Shown here: positions 1-10,381 of the stretch, piece after piece
Layout of the letters: each line of letters begins with the position of its first letter
Position numbering within the stretch: position 1 is the stretch's first letter
DNA from: Acidobacteriota bacterium
Lineage (GTDB): Bacteria > Acidobacteriota > UBA890 > WLXD01
Length of the DNA: 64,000 nt
Direction of reading: 5' to 3'
Assembly (NCBI GenBank): GCA_963666055.2
Contig: CAXWPH010000014.1
Span: 64,001-128,000, forward strand
Notes under the pieces: generated by a model
What the model was told of the DNA's origin: nothing
The model's input: the letters and a program-made list of their open reading frames with translations, nothing else
Databases searched by the model: none
Position numbers and translations under genes: made by a program

Positions 1-689
1 GCGATCGGAAACATGACAGGACCAGAAAGCCCACCGTAAATCGTGGCCAGGAGCGGCCGACGGCGTCCTACATCGACAGCCATCCCCCGGATGGTATTGG
101 CCACCGAGAGCGCGTCGGCGCCCGCTTCCTCGGCCGCTCGAGCCATCACACCAATGTCCGTCACGCCGGGCGCAAGCTTCACCCACAGGGGCTTTTCGGT
201 CGCGGCACGGGCCGCCGCCGTGACCGCGTGGATCTGCACAGGATCAGTGCCGAAACTGATCCCGCCTTCCTTGATGTTCGGGCAAGAGACGTTGAGCTCG
301 AGCGCGTGTACGCCGTCGGCCGCGTCCATGCGGCGAGCAACGCCCACGTACTCCTCCACCGTCCTGCCCCAGACGTTGGCGATCACCTTGAGGTCAAACT
401 GTTCGAGGAACGGAAGCTTGTCCTGCACGAATGCGTCGGCTCCGACGTTTTGCAGGCCGATGGAGTTCAGCATGCCTCCCGAAACCTCGACGATTCGCTG
501 AGGCTCATTGCCGCGCTCAGGTTCGAGCGACAAGCCTTTGACTACGATACCGCCGAGTCGGTTCAGATCGATGAGCTCGGCCATCTCCTCGCCGTATCCC
601 ACCGTTCCGGATGCAAGCAGCATCGGATTGCTGAGCTCGACGTCGCCGACCTTCACCGCGAGATCGGCCCGCCCTTCAGGATCGCTCAT
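1..689 (-). CDS. pyrD: Dihydroorotate dehydrogenase type 1B catalytic subunit (runs off window edge)
   Basis: Manual minus-strand translation MSDPEGRADL..LASGTVGYG..MLNSIGLQN..ELNVSCPN..VKLAP..GGLSGP; ATG overlaps the pyrK TGA (ATGA). Confidence 0.93.
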   Translation of the reverse strand, partial: MSDPEGRADLAVKVGDVELSNPMLLASGTVGYGEEMAELIDLNRLGGIVVKGLSLEPERGNEPQRIVEVSGGMLNSIGLQNVGADAFVQDKLPFLEQFDLKVIANVWGRTVEEYVGVARRMDAADGVHALELNVSCPNIKEGGISFGTDPVQIHAVTAAARAATEKPLWVKLAPGVTDIGVMARAAEEAGADALSVANTIRGMAVDVGRRRPLLATIYGGLSGPVMFPI

Positions 690-1495
690 CGCCAGCCCAA
701 GGTGGCCGCGTCGAACACCGGACCCTCGCGACAGATGCGCTGATAGATCCAAGCATCACCGCGGTCGACTGGAACGACGCACGACAGACACACTCCGATT
801 CCACAGCCCATCGGAGCTTCGAGACTCACTTGGTGGTCACAACCATGGCGGGCGGCAAGCTCGTCGACCGCTCGCATCATCGGCGTTGGTCCGCAGGAGT
901 AGATGCGGGGGCGGCCCGCGGCGCGTTGCAGGTGCGCCTCGAGTGCGCCCGTGACAAACCCGCAGTGCCCGGCCGACCCGTCGTCGGTGGCCACGTGAAC
1001 CGGCACGTCCAGCTGTGCGAAGTCGTCCAGGCATCGCAGGTCCTCTCGGCTTCGACCTCCGACGAATGCCCGCACCCGGGCGCCGCGGCCTACGAGGACC
1101 TCCGCCAGCAGGGGAAACGGCGCCGCGCCGACCCCACCCATCACCAGCAGATCCTCCTCATCATCCAGCACGTCCGTCGCCGGCAGACGGAATGGGCGCC
1201 CGAGTGGGCCCAGAACGTCCGCCATGTCACCGGCCCTGGCGCGCGCCATCAACGTCGTGCCGCGGCCGGTGCGCTCTACCAATAGCGTGAACCCCACAGC
1301 GGCACCCGCCTCACGAACGATCCGGTAGATTGCCATCGGCCGACGCAGCAGGGGATCGATTGCGTCACCGGCCGAGATCATCACGAAGTGGCCCGGGAGG
1401 GACGCGGCGGCGATATCTGGACAACGGTATCGGAGCACGAAACAGCGGCCCGAAAGAGTGTGGATTGACTCCAATGCGAGCCGCCGTTCGAACAT
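686..1495 (-). CDS. pyrK: Dihydroorotate dehydrogenase electron transfer subunit
   Basis: LLRRPMAI FAD-binding motif, GPLGRPF, CGP, 2Fe-2S motif MGCGIGVCLSC..RICREGPVF; start trimmed to ATG 1495. Confidence 0.92.
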   Translation of the reverse strand: MFERRLALESIHTLSGRCFVLRYRCPDIAAASLPGHFVMISAGDAIDPLLRRPMAIYRIVREAGAAVGFTLLVERTGRGTTLMARARAGDMADVLGPLGRPFRLPATDVLDDEEDLLVMGGVGAAPFPLLAEVLVGRGARVRAFVGGRSREDLRCLDDFAQLDVPVHVATDDGSAGHCGFVTGALEAHLQRAAGRPRIYSCGPTPMMRAVDELAARHGCDHQVSLEAPMGCGIGVCLSCVVPVDRGDAWIYQRICREGPVFDAATLGWR

Positions 1496-1551
1496 CAGGC
1501 GCAGGCTAGCATGGGGTCCGGCAAGCCGGCAAACTGCCGCCGTCTTGCGAG

Positions 1552-1580
1552 TTGACGCCCACTCGATGGGTAAGTAGGCT
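1552..1580 (+). promoter_or_regulatory. Sigma70-type promoter of pyrR operon
   Basis: TTGACG (1552-1557), 17 bp, TAGGCT (1575-1580), just upstream of the PyrR site. Confidence 0.7.
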
Positions 1581-1590
1581 GACAGTATCG

Positions 1591-2346
<756 letters not shown>

Positions 2347-2347
2347 G

Positions 2348-3370
2348 ATGGGGGCAATGACGATGGATCCGACAACCACCACACTTCTCGATGACGCGAC
2401 AATGGTTTCAGAGCCGCCCGAGCAGGACATCGTGTTTCCGAAGAACCTCGTCGGCATCCGGACACTCGAGGCCGAGCAGATCGGACTCGTGCTGGACACA
2501 GCGGAGCACTTCAGAGCGATCTCCGAGCGTCCCATCAAGAAGGTCCCGGCACTTCGCGGCAAGACGGTCGTGAACCTTTTCTTCGAACCATCGACCCGGA
2601 CACGGACGAGCTTCGAGATAGCGGGTAAGCGGCTCTCGGCCGACGTCCAGAGCGTCTCCGCGTCCACCAGCAGCGTGGTCAAAGGAGAAACCCTCCTGGA
2701 TACCGCTCGCAATATCGAGGCGATGCTCCCCGATATTCTGGTGTTGCGTCACGCTAGCGCCGGCGCTACCGACTTCCTCGCGAGGCACTGTTCAGCCGCC
2801 GTAGTCAACGCCGGCGATGGAGCCCATGAGCACCCGACCCAAGCGTTGCTCGACGCGCTCACGATCCGTCGCAGCAAGGGTAAGATCGCCGGGCTGCGGG
2901 TGGTGATCGTGGGCGACATCAGCCATAGCCGGGTGGCGCGATCGAACATCCTGTGCCTGCGCAAGTTGGGGGCCGACGTTACCGTGGCAGCGCCGCCGAC
3001 ACTCATGCCCGTGCAGGTGGAATCGCTGGGCGTGACTGCCCACCACCGAATCGAGCCCGCGCTCGAGGGCGCCGATGTGGTGATGATGCTGCGTATCCAG
3101 GTGGAGCGTGGCGGCAAGCTCAACGTGCCCAGCGCGGCGGAGTACTTCAAGCTGTTCGGCCTCACCGAGAGCCGCCTCGCGCTCGCCCGAGACGATGCGA
3201 TCGTCATGCATCCGGGACCAATGAACCGGGGTGTCGAGATCGCTTCGGATGTCGCCGATGGGCCCCGATCGGTGATCCTCGAGCAGGTTACCAACGGGTT
3301 AGCGGTTCGCATGGCGATCCTCTATTTGCTGGCAGGAGGAAACCCGAAGAATGTCGAATCTGCTGCTTAG
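2348..3370 (+). CDS. pyrB: Aspartate carbamoyltransferase catalytic subunit
   Basis: [27 protein letters not shown]; start uncertain (2348-2402). Confidence 0.96.
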   Translation: MGAMTMDPTTTTLLDDATMVSEPPEQDIVFPKNLVGIRTLEAEQIGLVLDTAEHFRAISERPIKKVPALRGKTVVNLFFEPSTRTRTSFEIAGKRLSADVQSVSASTSSVVKGETLLDTARNIEAMLPDILVLRHASAGATDFLARHCSAAVVNAGDGAHEHPTQALLDALTIRRSKGKIAGLRVVIVGDISHSRVARSNILCLRKLGADVTVAAPPTLMPVQVESLGVTAHHRIEPALEGADVVMMLRIQVERGGKLNVPSAAEYFKLFGLTESRLALARDDAIVMHPGPMNRGVEIASDVADGPRSVILEQVTNGLAVRMAILYLLAGGNPKNVESAA

Positions 3371-4631
3371 GGGCGGCCGCCTGGTCGATCCGGCGAATGG
3401 CGTAGATATGGTTGGCGACTTGTTGGTCGTCGACGGCGTCATCGAGAAGACGGGACCCGAGATCGACGATGCCGCCGCCGAGACGATCGAGTGCGGTGGC
3501 ATGATCGTCGCTCCCGGTTTCGTTGACATGCACGTTCACCTTCGCGAGCCGGGCTTCGAGTACAAGGAAACGATCGCCACTGGGACCATGGCGGCCGCCG
3601 CCGGCGGGTTTACCGGCGTGGCGTGTATGCCCAACACCAGGCCGGTGAACGACCACCGCGCGGTGACGGAGTTCATCATCGAGCGGGCCAACCTCGAGGG
3701 GCACGTCCGGGTCCATCCGATCGGCGCGGTGAGCATCGGTCAAGACGGCGAGGCGTTGGCGGAGATTGGCGAGCTTGTCGGAGCGGGGTGCGTGGCGGTC
3801 TCTGACGACGGTTATCCGGTGGCCACCGCACAGCTCATGCGGAAGGCGCTCGAGTACAGCCGTATGTTCGACATCCCGGTGATCGATCACTGTGAGGAGC
3901 GCTCGATGACCACCGCGTCCGTGATACATGAGGGTGCGGTTTCCACCGCCCTGGGGATGCGCGGCTGGCCGGCGGCCGCCGAAGAGATCATTGTCGCGCG
4001 CGATCTATTGCTGGCCGAGGCGACCGGTGGACGGCTGCACCTGGCGCACCTTTCCACGGCCGGATCCATGCGACTAGTCCGCGACGCCAAGGAACGCGGC
4101 GTCAACGTGACGTGTGAGGTAATGACGCACCATTTCTCGCTCACCGACGAGGCCGTGCGTGGCTTCGATACCAACACCAAGATGAACCCGCCGCTGCGTG
4201 CCGAGTCGGACCGCCAGGCGCTGCTCGAGGCGATCGGCAACGGCACGGTCGACGCCATCGCCACCGACCACGCTCCGCATCATCGAGACGAAAAGCTGCT
4301 GGAATACGACCAGGCACCGTTTGGCATCGTTGGCCTCGAGACTGCGATCCCACTCGCCTGTACCCACCTGCTGCGCACTGATGTCATCGACGTCGCCCGG
4401 CTCGTGGAGCTCATGTCGGTCAACCCCAGCAGGATTCTCGGAATCGACGGCGGGACCCTGGCCAGCGGGACGCCCGCCCACCTCACCGTCATCGATCCCG
4501 AGCGCCAAGCGACGGTCGACGCCTCGGCGTTTCACAGTAAGTCCCAAAACACCCCCTTCGATGGACAGACCCTCTATGGCTGGCCCATGCTGACCGTCGT
4601 CGACGGAAAGATCGCATGGCGTCAGACGTGA
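3351..4631 (+). CDS. pyrC: Dihydroorotase
   Basis: [33 protein letters not shown]. Confidence 0.96.
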   Translation: MSNLLLRGGRLVDPANGVDMVGDLLVVDGVIEKTGPEIDDAAAETIECGGMIVAPGFVDMHVHLREPGFEYKETIATGTMAAAAGGFTGVACMPNTRPVNDHRAVTEFIIERANLEGHVRVHPIGAVSIGQDGEALAEIGELVGAGCVAVSDDGYPVATAQLMRKALEYSRMFDIPVIDHCEERSMTTASVIHEGAVSTALGMRGWPAAAEEIIVARDLLLAEATGGRLHLAHLSTAGSMRLVRDAKERGVNVTCEVMTHHFSLTDEAVRGFDTNTKMNPPLRAESDRQALLEAIGNGTVDAIATDHAPHHRDEKLLEYDQAPFGIVGLETAIPLACTHLLRTDVIDVARLVELMSVNPSRILGIDGGTLASGTPAHLTVIDPERQATVDASAFHSKSQNTPFDGQTLYGWPMLTVVDGKIAWRQT

Positions 4632-5212
4632 CCGCGCCGAACGTCCGCACCCTGCTGCTCGACAGCGAAGCCCTGCTGGAGGGTCACTTCGCGCTCTCCT
4701 CGGGGCGGCACTCGGATCGCTATCTACAGTGCGCTCGTGCCCTGCAACATCCGAACGTCGCTGAGCGACTCGGGGCGGAGCTCGCCCAGCTCTGCCGAGA
4801 CGAGCTGGCTGAGACCCCGGAAGTGGTTGTCTCCCCCGCCCTCGGTGGTCTGATCATCGGACACGAAGTAGGGCGAGCCCTGGGCCTGCGAGCGTGCTTC
4901 ACGGAGCGCGTCGAAGGGGTCATGAAGCTGCGGCGTGGATTCGCACTAACCCCTGGCGAGCGTGTGCTGATGGTGGAGGATGTCATTACCACCGGACTCA
5001 GCAGTCGCGAAACGCTGCAGGTGATCCGCCAGCACGGCGGCCATCCGATCGCTGCCGCCTGCATCGCCAATCGCCTCGGGGCCGCGCAGGTCGACGAGCT
5101 GCCACTGCTGGCTCTCATGATGCTCGATGCGCCGGTTTGGGAGCCGCATGAGTGCCCGTCATGTGCTGCCGGGAGTACCGCGATCAAGCCAGGAAGCCGC
5201 ACGCCTGGATAG
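4616..5212 (+). CDS. pyrE: Orotate phosphoribosyltransferase
   Basis: GHFALSSGRHS, VEDVITTG PRPP loop, terminal KPGSR. Confidence 0.93.
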   Translation: MASDVTAPNVRTLLLDSEALLEGHFALSSGRHSDRYLQCARALQHPNVAERLGAELAQLCRDELAETPEVVVSPALGGLIIGHEVGRALGLRACFTERVEGVMKLRRGFALTPGERVLMVEDVITTGLSSRETLQVIRQHGGHPIAAACIANRLGAAQVDELPLLALMMLDAPVWEPHECPSCAAGSTAIKPGSRTPG

Positions 5213-5230
5213 CTGCCGATCCGCCCTCTA

Positions 5231-5504
5231 GCAGGCCGTGGTGAAAGTGTGGCGGGCCTGGTTACGGCGAGTTGGGGCCAGATGCAAGGCGGCCTGACGC
5301 TCGCGATGCCCTAGCCATCGTCCAGGAGGGCCAACGGCGCAGATGGCCCCAAATCGCCGTAACCCTCCGGGCGATAGGGGGTTGCGCGCATATGCTGTGT
5401 CGTTCGTCGTCAACGATGGGGTAACCATCGCCTCCTCCTTATTTCCTTGCCTCCGCCTCGCAAGACCCTGTCGCCAGGCCCGCCACACTTCCACCACGGC
5501 CTGC
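5231..5504. mobile_element. MITE-like structured repeat, copy 1 (274 bp)
   Basis: 31-bp TIR GCAGGCCGTGGTGAAAGTGTGGCGGGCCTGG (30/31 match), flanked C-TA..TA-G, between convergent pyrE and mutL; about 90% identical to other copies by eye. Confidence 0.88.
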
Positions 5505-7261
5505 TAGTGGCGCCCGAGTTGACGCTCGATTGAACGGTGATCGAGCCGCAGCATGATCGGACGCCCGTGTGGACAGCGGGTTGGCGACTCACACTCTCCA
5601 AGCTGAGAAATCAGGCTCGCCATGACCTCGCGTGTCAGTGGCTGATTCGCCTTGACGGCCGCGTGACACGCGATCGAGGCGGCAACCTGGTTCTGGATAT
5701 GCTCGGCCGCTTCGCCGCCACGCTCATCGGCCAAGGACGCCAGCAGCGCGCGCAGCGTCGGCGCGCCGCGCCGCGTCCCCAGCACCTCCGGAACAGTGCG
5801 CAATGTCCAGGTCTGTCCGCCGAACGGCTCGATCTCGAAACCGAAGGTGGCCAGCAGCTCTTGGTGCTGCTCGGCCGCCGCCACCTCGAGGGCAGTCAGC
5901 TCCACGGTTTCGGGTACCAACAATCCTTGCACCGGTACCCGGCGACGCGCACGTTGCTCCAGCACCTGCTCGTACAGCACGCGCTCGTGCGCCACGTGCT
6001 GATCGATGATCAGCAGTCCGTCGTCGTCGACCGCGAGAATGTACGTGTTGGCGTACTGTGCGATCGGTTGGACGGCGCCGGGGGTGCCCACGATCGGCGT
6101 CGCAGCCTGGCTTTCGAGGACCCCCGCTCCGATCCCCGAGCCGCCGATTGACACCCAGTGCCGCAAGGGCAGGCTGGGCGCCCCCGACGCGCTCACTGGG
6201 ATCGCCGAGATGCCACCAGCGGCATCTCGAACCACCCCGTCGGGCATCGGTGACTGTGGCCATGCGCGCGGTGGCGACAGCCGACTCGCGAGCGACGTCG
6301 CGACGGCTCGACGCAGCGCCGCGAAGACGCGGCCCGGCTCGACGAAGCGCACCTCGGCCTTGCGCGGATGTACGTTCACATCTACATCGGCAGGATCGAG
6401 TGAAAGAAACAACACCGCCACCGGGAACCGCCGATGGTCCAGCAGCGAATCGAAGCCTGACACGACCGCGTGGGCCAGGCGACCGTCGCTGACCACCCTG
6501 CCGTTCACGAACAGGTGGATATGGCGCCGGTTGGATCGCGTGTGCTCCGGACTCGTCACGCCTCCGACGACACGTATCTCACCGCCGCCCTCGACCAGCA
6601 CCCAGCACTCGGCGACCGCCGCGCCGAGCACCTGATGGACGCGCTCATCGAGCGCCGCGACCGGGGGTGCCACGAGGCGCTCACGGCCGTCTACGGAAAG
6701 CGTCAGGCCGATGTCCGGGCGCAACAGAGCAAAGTCTTCGACCACCGCAGCGACGTGCCCGGTCTCGGTGGAATCGGTACGCAGATGCTTTAGCCGTGCC
6801 GGCGTGTTGCTGAAGAGCTCGTGCACGCGCACACGCGTGCCGCGCCGGCCTACGGACGTGCGTACGCTCGGCCTTTGGCGCTCCTCGACGTGAATCTCGG
6901 CACCGACCCCCTCGCCCGTGCCGGTAAGCATCTCGACGCGAGCCACCGCGGCAATGCTGGCAAGAGCCTCGCCGCGGAAACCGAGCGTGCGGATGTCGTC
7001 GAGATCCTCGACCGTCGCGATCTTGCTCGTCGCGTGTTGCCGAAATGCCAAGACCGCATCCTCGGAGGTCATCCCGTGGCCGTCGTCGTCGACTTCGATC
7101 AGCCGCCGTCCGCCGGCCTCGATACGAACGCCAATTCGGCAGGCGCCCGCATCGAGAGCGTTCTCGATCAACTCCTTGACGACAGAGGCGGGGCGCTCGA
7201 CGACCTCCCCTGCGGCGATGCGATCGATGACGGCGCCATCGAGCATGTGAATGGCTTTCAT
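5504..7261 (-). CDS. mutL: DNA mismatch repair endonuclease MutL
   Basis: IAAGEVVERP, GFRGEAL, DVNVHPRK, endonuclease motifs DQHVAHER, ACH, CPHGRP. Confidence 0.97.
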   Translation of the reverse strand: MKAIHMLDGAVIDRIAAGEVVERPASVVKELIENALDAGACRIGVRIEAGGRRLIEVDDDGHGMTSEDAVLAFRQHATSKIATVEDLDDIRTLGFRGEALASIAAVARVEMLTGTGEGVGAEIHVEERQRPSVRTSVGRRGTRVRVHELFSNTPARLKHLRTDSTETGHVAAVVEDFALLRPDIGLTLSVDGRERLVAPPVAALDERVHQVLGAAVAECWVLVEGGGEIRVVGGVTSPEHTRSNRRHIHLFVNGRVVSDGRLAHAVVSGFDSLLDHRRFPVAVLFLSLDPADVDVNVHPRKAEVRFVEPGRVFAALRRAVATSLASRLSPPRAWPQSPMPDGVVRDAAGGISAIPVSASGAPSLPLRHWVSIGGSGIGAGVLESQAATPIVGTPGAVQPIAQYANTYILAVDDDGLLIIDQHVAHERVLYEQVLEQRARRRVPVQGLLVPETVELTALEVAAAEQHQELLATFGFEIEPFGGQTWTLRTVPEVLGTRRGAPTLRALLASLADERGGEAAEHIQNQVAASIACHAAVKANQPLTREVMASLISQLGECESPTRCPHGRPIMLRLDHRSIERQLGRH

Positions 7262-8049
7262 AGGCGGGTCTTACTCGACGCCATCCATTGCGAGTTGCTA
7301 GTGTCTCGCAGGCGCTGCATGACGCGCAACGAGCGCGGCGTGCGGTCGAGGTGTCCAACGATGAGCACTTGGGTTACCGCGCCCAGTCCGCGCATGGCAG
7401 CCGGGTCGGAATGCTGTGCCACGAGCTTGCTGGGTGCCTCTCGCAGAATTGCGGCCAGCAGGTGCCTCGCCGCCGGCGCCAGGCGGCGCCGTGCGATTAT
7501 CTGCCCACAGCTGCGGCCACAGAGGAATCCCAGCGTGACATCCGATACCCAGATCTCCTCGCCAAGCTCCCGACCGCAGTTACTACATTCCTCGACGCCG
7601 GGGAGCAACCCGGCCAGACGCAGCATCCAGACCTCGAAGTAGCGCATCAGCGCATCCGGGGCGCCGTCGATCTCCAGGCAGTCGAGACAGGCACCAATCA
7701 ATCGATAAAGCGTCGGTGAGGCGTCGTGCTCGGGGGCGAACCCGATGATCAGCTCGGCCAGGTACGCCGCCAGCGCAGCTTCCTCGGGCTGTCCCAGTGC
7801 CTCGAAGTACGAACGCTCGAGCTCGCATGACGACACCCGACCGAGGTCATCCTTGTCGCGCTGGAAGTAAACGATGCGTGACCGAGTGAAGGGCTCGAAG
7901 GCACTGCCGAAACGACTCTTGATGCGTCGCGCCGACTTGGCCACGCCGCGTATCCGACCATACTCACGGGTGTAGAAGTCGACAATCAGATCCGCCTCTC
8001 CCAGCGGTCGCGTGCGAAGCGCATATCCGCTCGCTTGCTTGATTGCCAC
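7258..8049 (-). CDS. recO: DNA repair protein RecO
   Basis: GEADLIV..GVAKSARRIKSRF..EPF, C-terminal CxxC zinc motif; start trimmed to GTG 8049. Confidence 0.92.
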   Translation of the reverse strand: MAIKQASGYALRTRPLGEADLIVDFYTREYGRIRGVAKSARRIKSRFGSAFEPFTRSRIVYFQRDKDDLGRVSSCELERSYFEALGQPEEAALAAYLAELIIGFAPEHDASPTLYRLIGACLDCLEIDGAPDALMRYFEVWMLRLAGLLPGVEECSNCGRELGEEIWVSDVTLGFLCGRSCGQIIARRRLAPAARHLLAAILREAPSKLVAQHSDPAAMRGLGAVTQVLIVGHLDRTPRSLRVMQRLRDTSNSQWMASSKTRL

Positions 8050-8050
8050 G

Positions 8051-9421
8051 TCAGGACACAACGAGGAGGGTGGCGATGCTGAAATACGCCACGATGCCGA
8101 GAACGTCGATCGCCGTAGTGACAAAAGGCCCGGTGGCGATTGCCGGGTCAACGCCGAAGCGCTTGAGCAGAATCGGCGTCGACGCGCCAACGATGGCGGC
8201 CAGCACCATGCACGAGACCAGCGACAAGGCGACCACCGCCGCCAGCGCCGGGATCTCGGGGTTCCGAAAGTAAACCGTCACACCCAGCAAGGCCCCGAAC
8301 ACCAGGCCCAACGTGAGCGCCACTCGTAGCTCGCGTAGCACGGTCGCCAGGCGCTGCCCGGCGACCAGCCGTCCCGTGGCCATGCCGCGCACTACAATCG
8401 TCGCCGCTTGCGTGCCCACGTTACCGCCCATACCGACGATGATCGGGATGAACACAGCCAGGACGATCAGCTGCGACAGCAGATCCTCGAAGTGCTCGAT
8501 GACCTGGGCTGCCACGATGCCGCCGATCCACGCTGCGAACAGCCACGGCAGACGTAGGAGCACGTTGCGCCACAGCGGTGCCGTCAGCACTTCTTCCTCG
8601 TCCTCGCCGACGCCGGCCATGAGCAGGATGTCCTCTGTTTCCTCCTCCCGCATGATGTCGATGACGTCGTCGACGGTAACCATGCCCGCTAACTTGTTGT
8701 CGTGGTCCACGACCGGCAACGCAAGGTAGTTGTAGCGCGCCACCAAGTTCGCGACCTCTTCCTGATCGGTGTCGACACTTACCGCAACCAATCGCGTCTT
8801 CATGACATCTCTCAAGCGCTCGCTGGCACCGCGAAGCAGCAGATCGCGCAACGAACACACACCCATCAGGTGGCCATGCTCATCGACTACGTACAGGTAG
8901 AACGCCATCTCCAGATCTTCGGAGCGCGATTGCCGCAGCGCCTCGATGGCCTCGGCGATCGTCGAGTCCTCGTGTAGCGCGAACACCTCCGGGCTCATGA
9001 TTCTGCCGGCGGTGTCCTCGTCGTAGCCGAGCAGGCCCTCGACCTCTTCGTGCCCGGTTCGCTCGAGCTGCGCGAGCACGCGCTCGGCGACATCCTCGGG
9101 TAAGGCGGTTACCAGGGCGGCGGCGTCGTCGGCACCCACCCCCGACAGGATCATGGCGATTTCGGTTTCGGGTCGCCCCTGCAGTAGCCGCGCCACGTCG
9201 GAGGGCTCCAGCTCCGCCAACACCTCGCCGGCGCGCCGCGGCGCATCGGCGAGAACCAGGCTGAACACATCAATGCTCTCATCCTCATCGAGTCGCGTGA
9301 TCAGCCGGGCCACGTCGGCAGCATGCAGCTTGGAGACGAAATTTTCCGCGTGAGCACGCGCACCGCGTTGCAGCAACCTCCGCAACGGCTGCACCATCAG
9401 GCTGACGTGTTGGCGATGCAT
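8051..9421 (-). CDS. mgtE: Magnesium transporter MgtE
   Basis: TAGRIM, CBS pair, RLPWL, GGNVGTQ, DPAIATGPFVTTAID; ATG overlaps era stop. Confidence 0.95.
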   Translation of the reverse strand: MHRQHVSLMVQPLRRLLQRGARAHAENFVSKLHAADVARLITRLDEDESIDVFSLVLADAPRRAGEVLAELEPSDVARLLQGRPETEIAMILSGVGADDAAALVTALPEDVAERVLAQLERTGHEEVEGLLGYDEDTAGRIMSPEVFALHEDSTIAEAIEALRQSRSEDLEMAFYLYVVDEHGHLMGVCSLRDLLLRGASERLRDVMKTRLVAVSVDTDQEEVANLVARYNYLALPVVDHDNKLAGMVTVDDVIDIMREEETEDILLMAGVGEDEEEVLTAPLWRNVLLRLPWLFAAWIGGIVAAQVIEHFEDLLSQLIVLAVFIPIIVGMGGNVGTQAATIVVRGMATGRLVAGQRLATVLRELRVALTLGLVFGALLGVTVYFRNPEIPALAAVVALSLVSCMVLAAIVGASTPILLKRFGVDPAIATGPFVTTAIDVLGIVAYFSIATLLVVS

Positions 9422-10347
9422 CAGGTGATCTCCATCTCGTCCAGCAGCCGGGCATGCTGCCTCCATTCCGGCTTCACCTTGACCCATAGCTCGAGCACTA
9501 CATGCCGACCGATGAGCTCCTCGATCTGACGGCGAGCCGCCGTACCTACCCGACGCAACATCGATCCGCCCTTGCCGATGACGATGGGTTTCTGCCCGCT
9601 GCGCTCGACGTAGATCGTGGCGCCGATCTCGACATTACCCTCACCATCATCGCTCTCCTCCCAGCGATCTACGGTAACCGCCGTCGTATACGGGAGCTCC
9701 TCGCGAGTCCGGTGCAAGAGCTCCTCGCGCACCATCTCTGCGACCATGAAGCGCACCGATCGATCCGTAATGGCTTCGTCGGGATACAGCACCGGACCCG
9801 GCGGAAGGTGATGGAAAACAGCGTCTACGAACGTATCCAAGTTATCGCCCGCGAGAGCAGAGATCGGGATGATATCGGCAAAGTCGTGCCGCCGTCGGAA
9901 CCAGTCGATAGCCGGGAGCAGCTGTGGCTTCGCCATACGATCGATCTTGTTGAGTAACAGAATGGTCGGAGCGGCAACGGTACGTATGGTGTCCACGAGA
10001 TAGTCGGTACCGCCGCCTCGCCGTTCGGTGGCATCGACGATCACCGCTACCAGATCGACGTCGAGCATCGCCTGGCGGGTCGTTCGCATCATGCGACGGT
10101 TCATACGGTAATGGGGACGGTGCACCCCCGGCGTATCCACGAAAACCGCCTGACCGCGATCCTCCGTCAAGATCCCGCTGATGCGATGCCGAGTCGTTTG
10201 CGGCTTGTTCGACACAATCGAGATCTTGGTGCCGACCAGCCGGTTCAGCAGAGTCGACTTGCCGGCGTTTGGTCGGCCGACCAGGGTAACCGTGCCGCAT
10301 CGAAACCCATCAACTGGTGACCTGGTGTCGGGATACCTACCGTCCAT
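9421..10347 (-). CDS. era: GTPase Era
   Basis: GRPNAGKSTL, KPQTTR, DTPG, NKID, KH motif VIGKGG. Confidence 0.96.
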   Translation of the reverse strand: MDGRYPDTRSPVDGFRCGTVTLVGRPNAGKSTLLNRLVGTKISIVSNKPQTTRHRISGILTEDRGQAVFVDTPGVHRPHYRMNRRMMRTTRQAMLDVDLVAVIVDATERRGGGTDYLVDTIRTVAAPTILLLNKIDRMAKPQLLPAIDWFRRRHDFADIIPISALAGDNLDTFVDAVFHHLPPGPVLYPDEAITDRSVRFMVAEMVREELLHRTREELPYTTAVTVDRWEESDDGEGNVEIGATIYVERSGQKPIVIGKGGSMLRRVGTAARRQIEELIGRHVVLELWVKVKPEWRQHARLLDEMEIT

Positions 10348-10381
10348 GAAACATCCGGTGTTTTCCACGCCGCCAGCGGGC

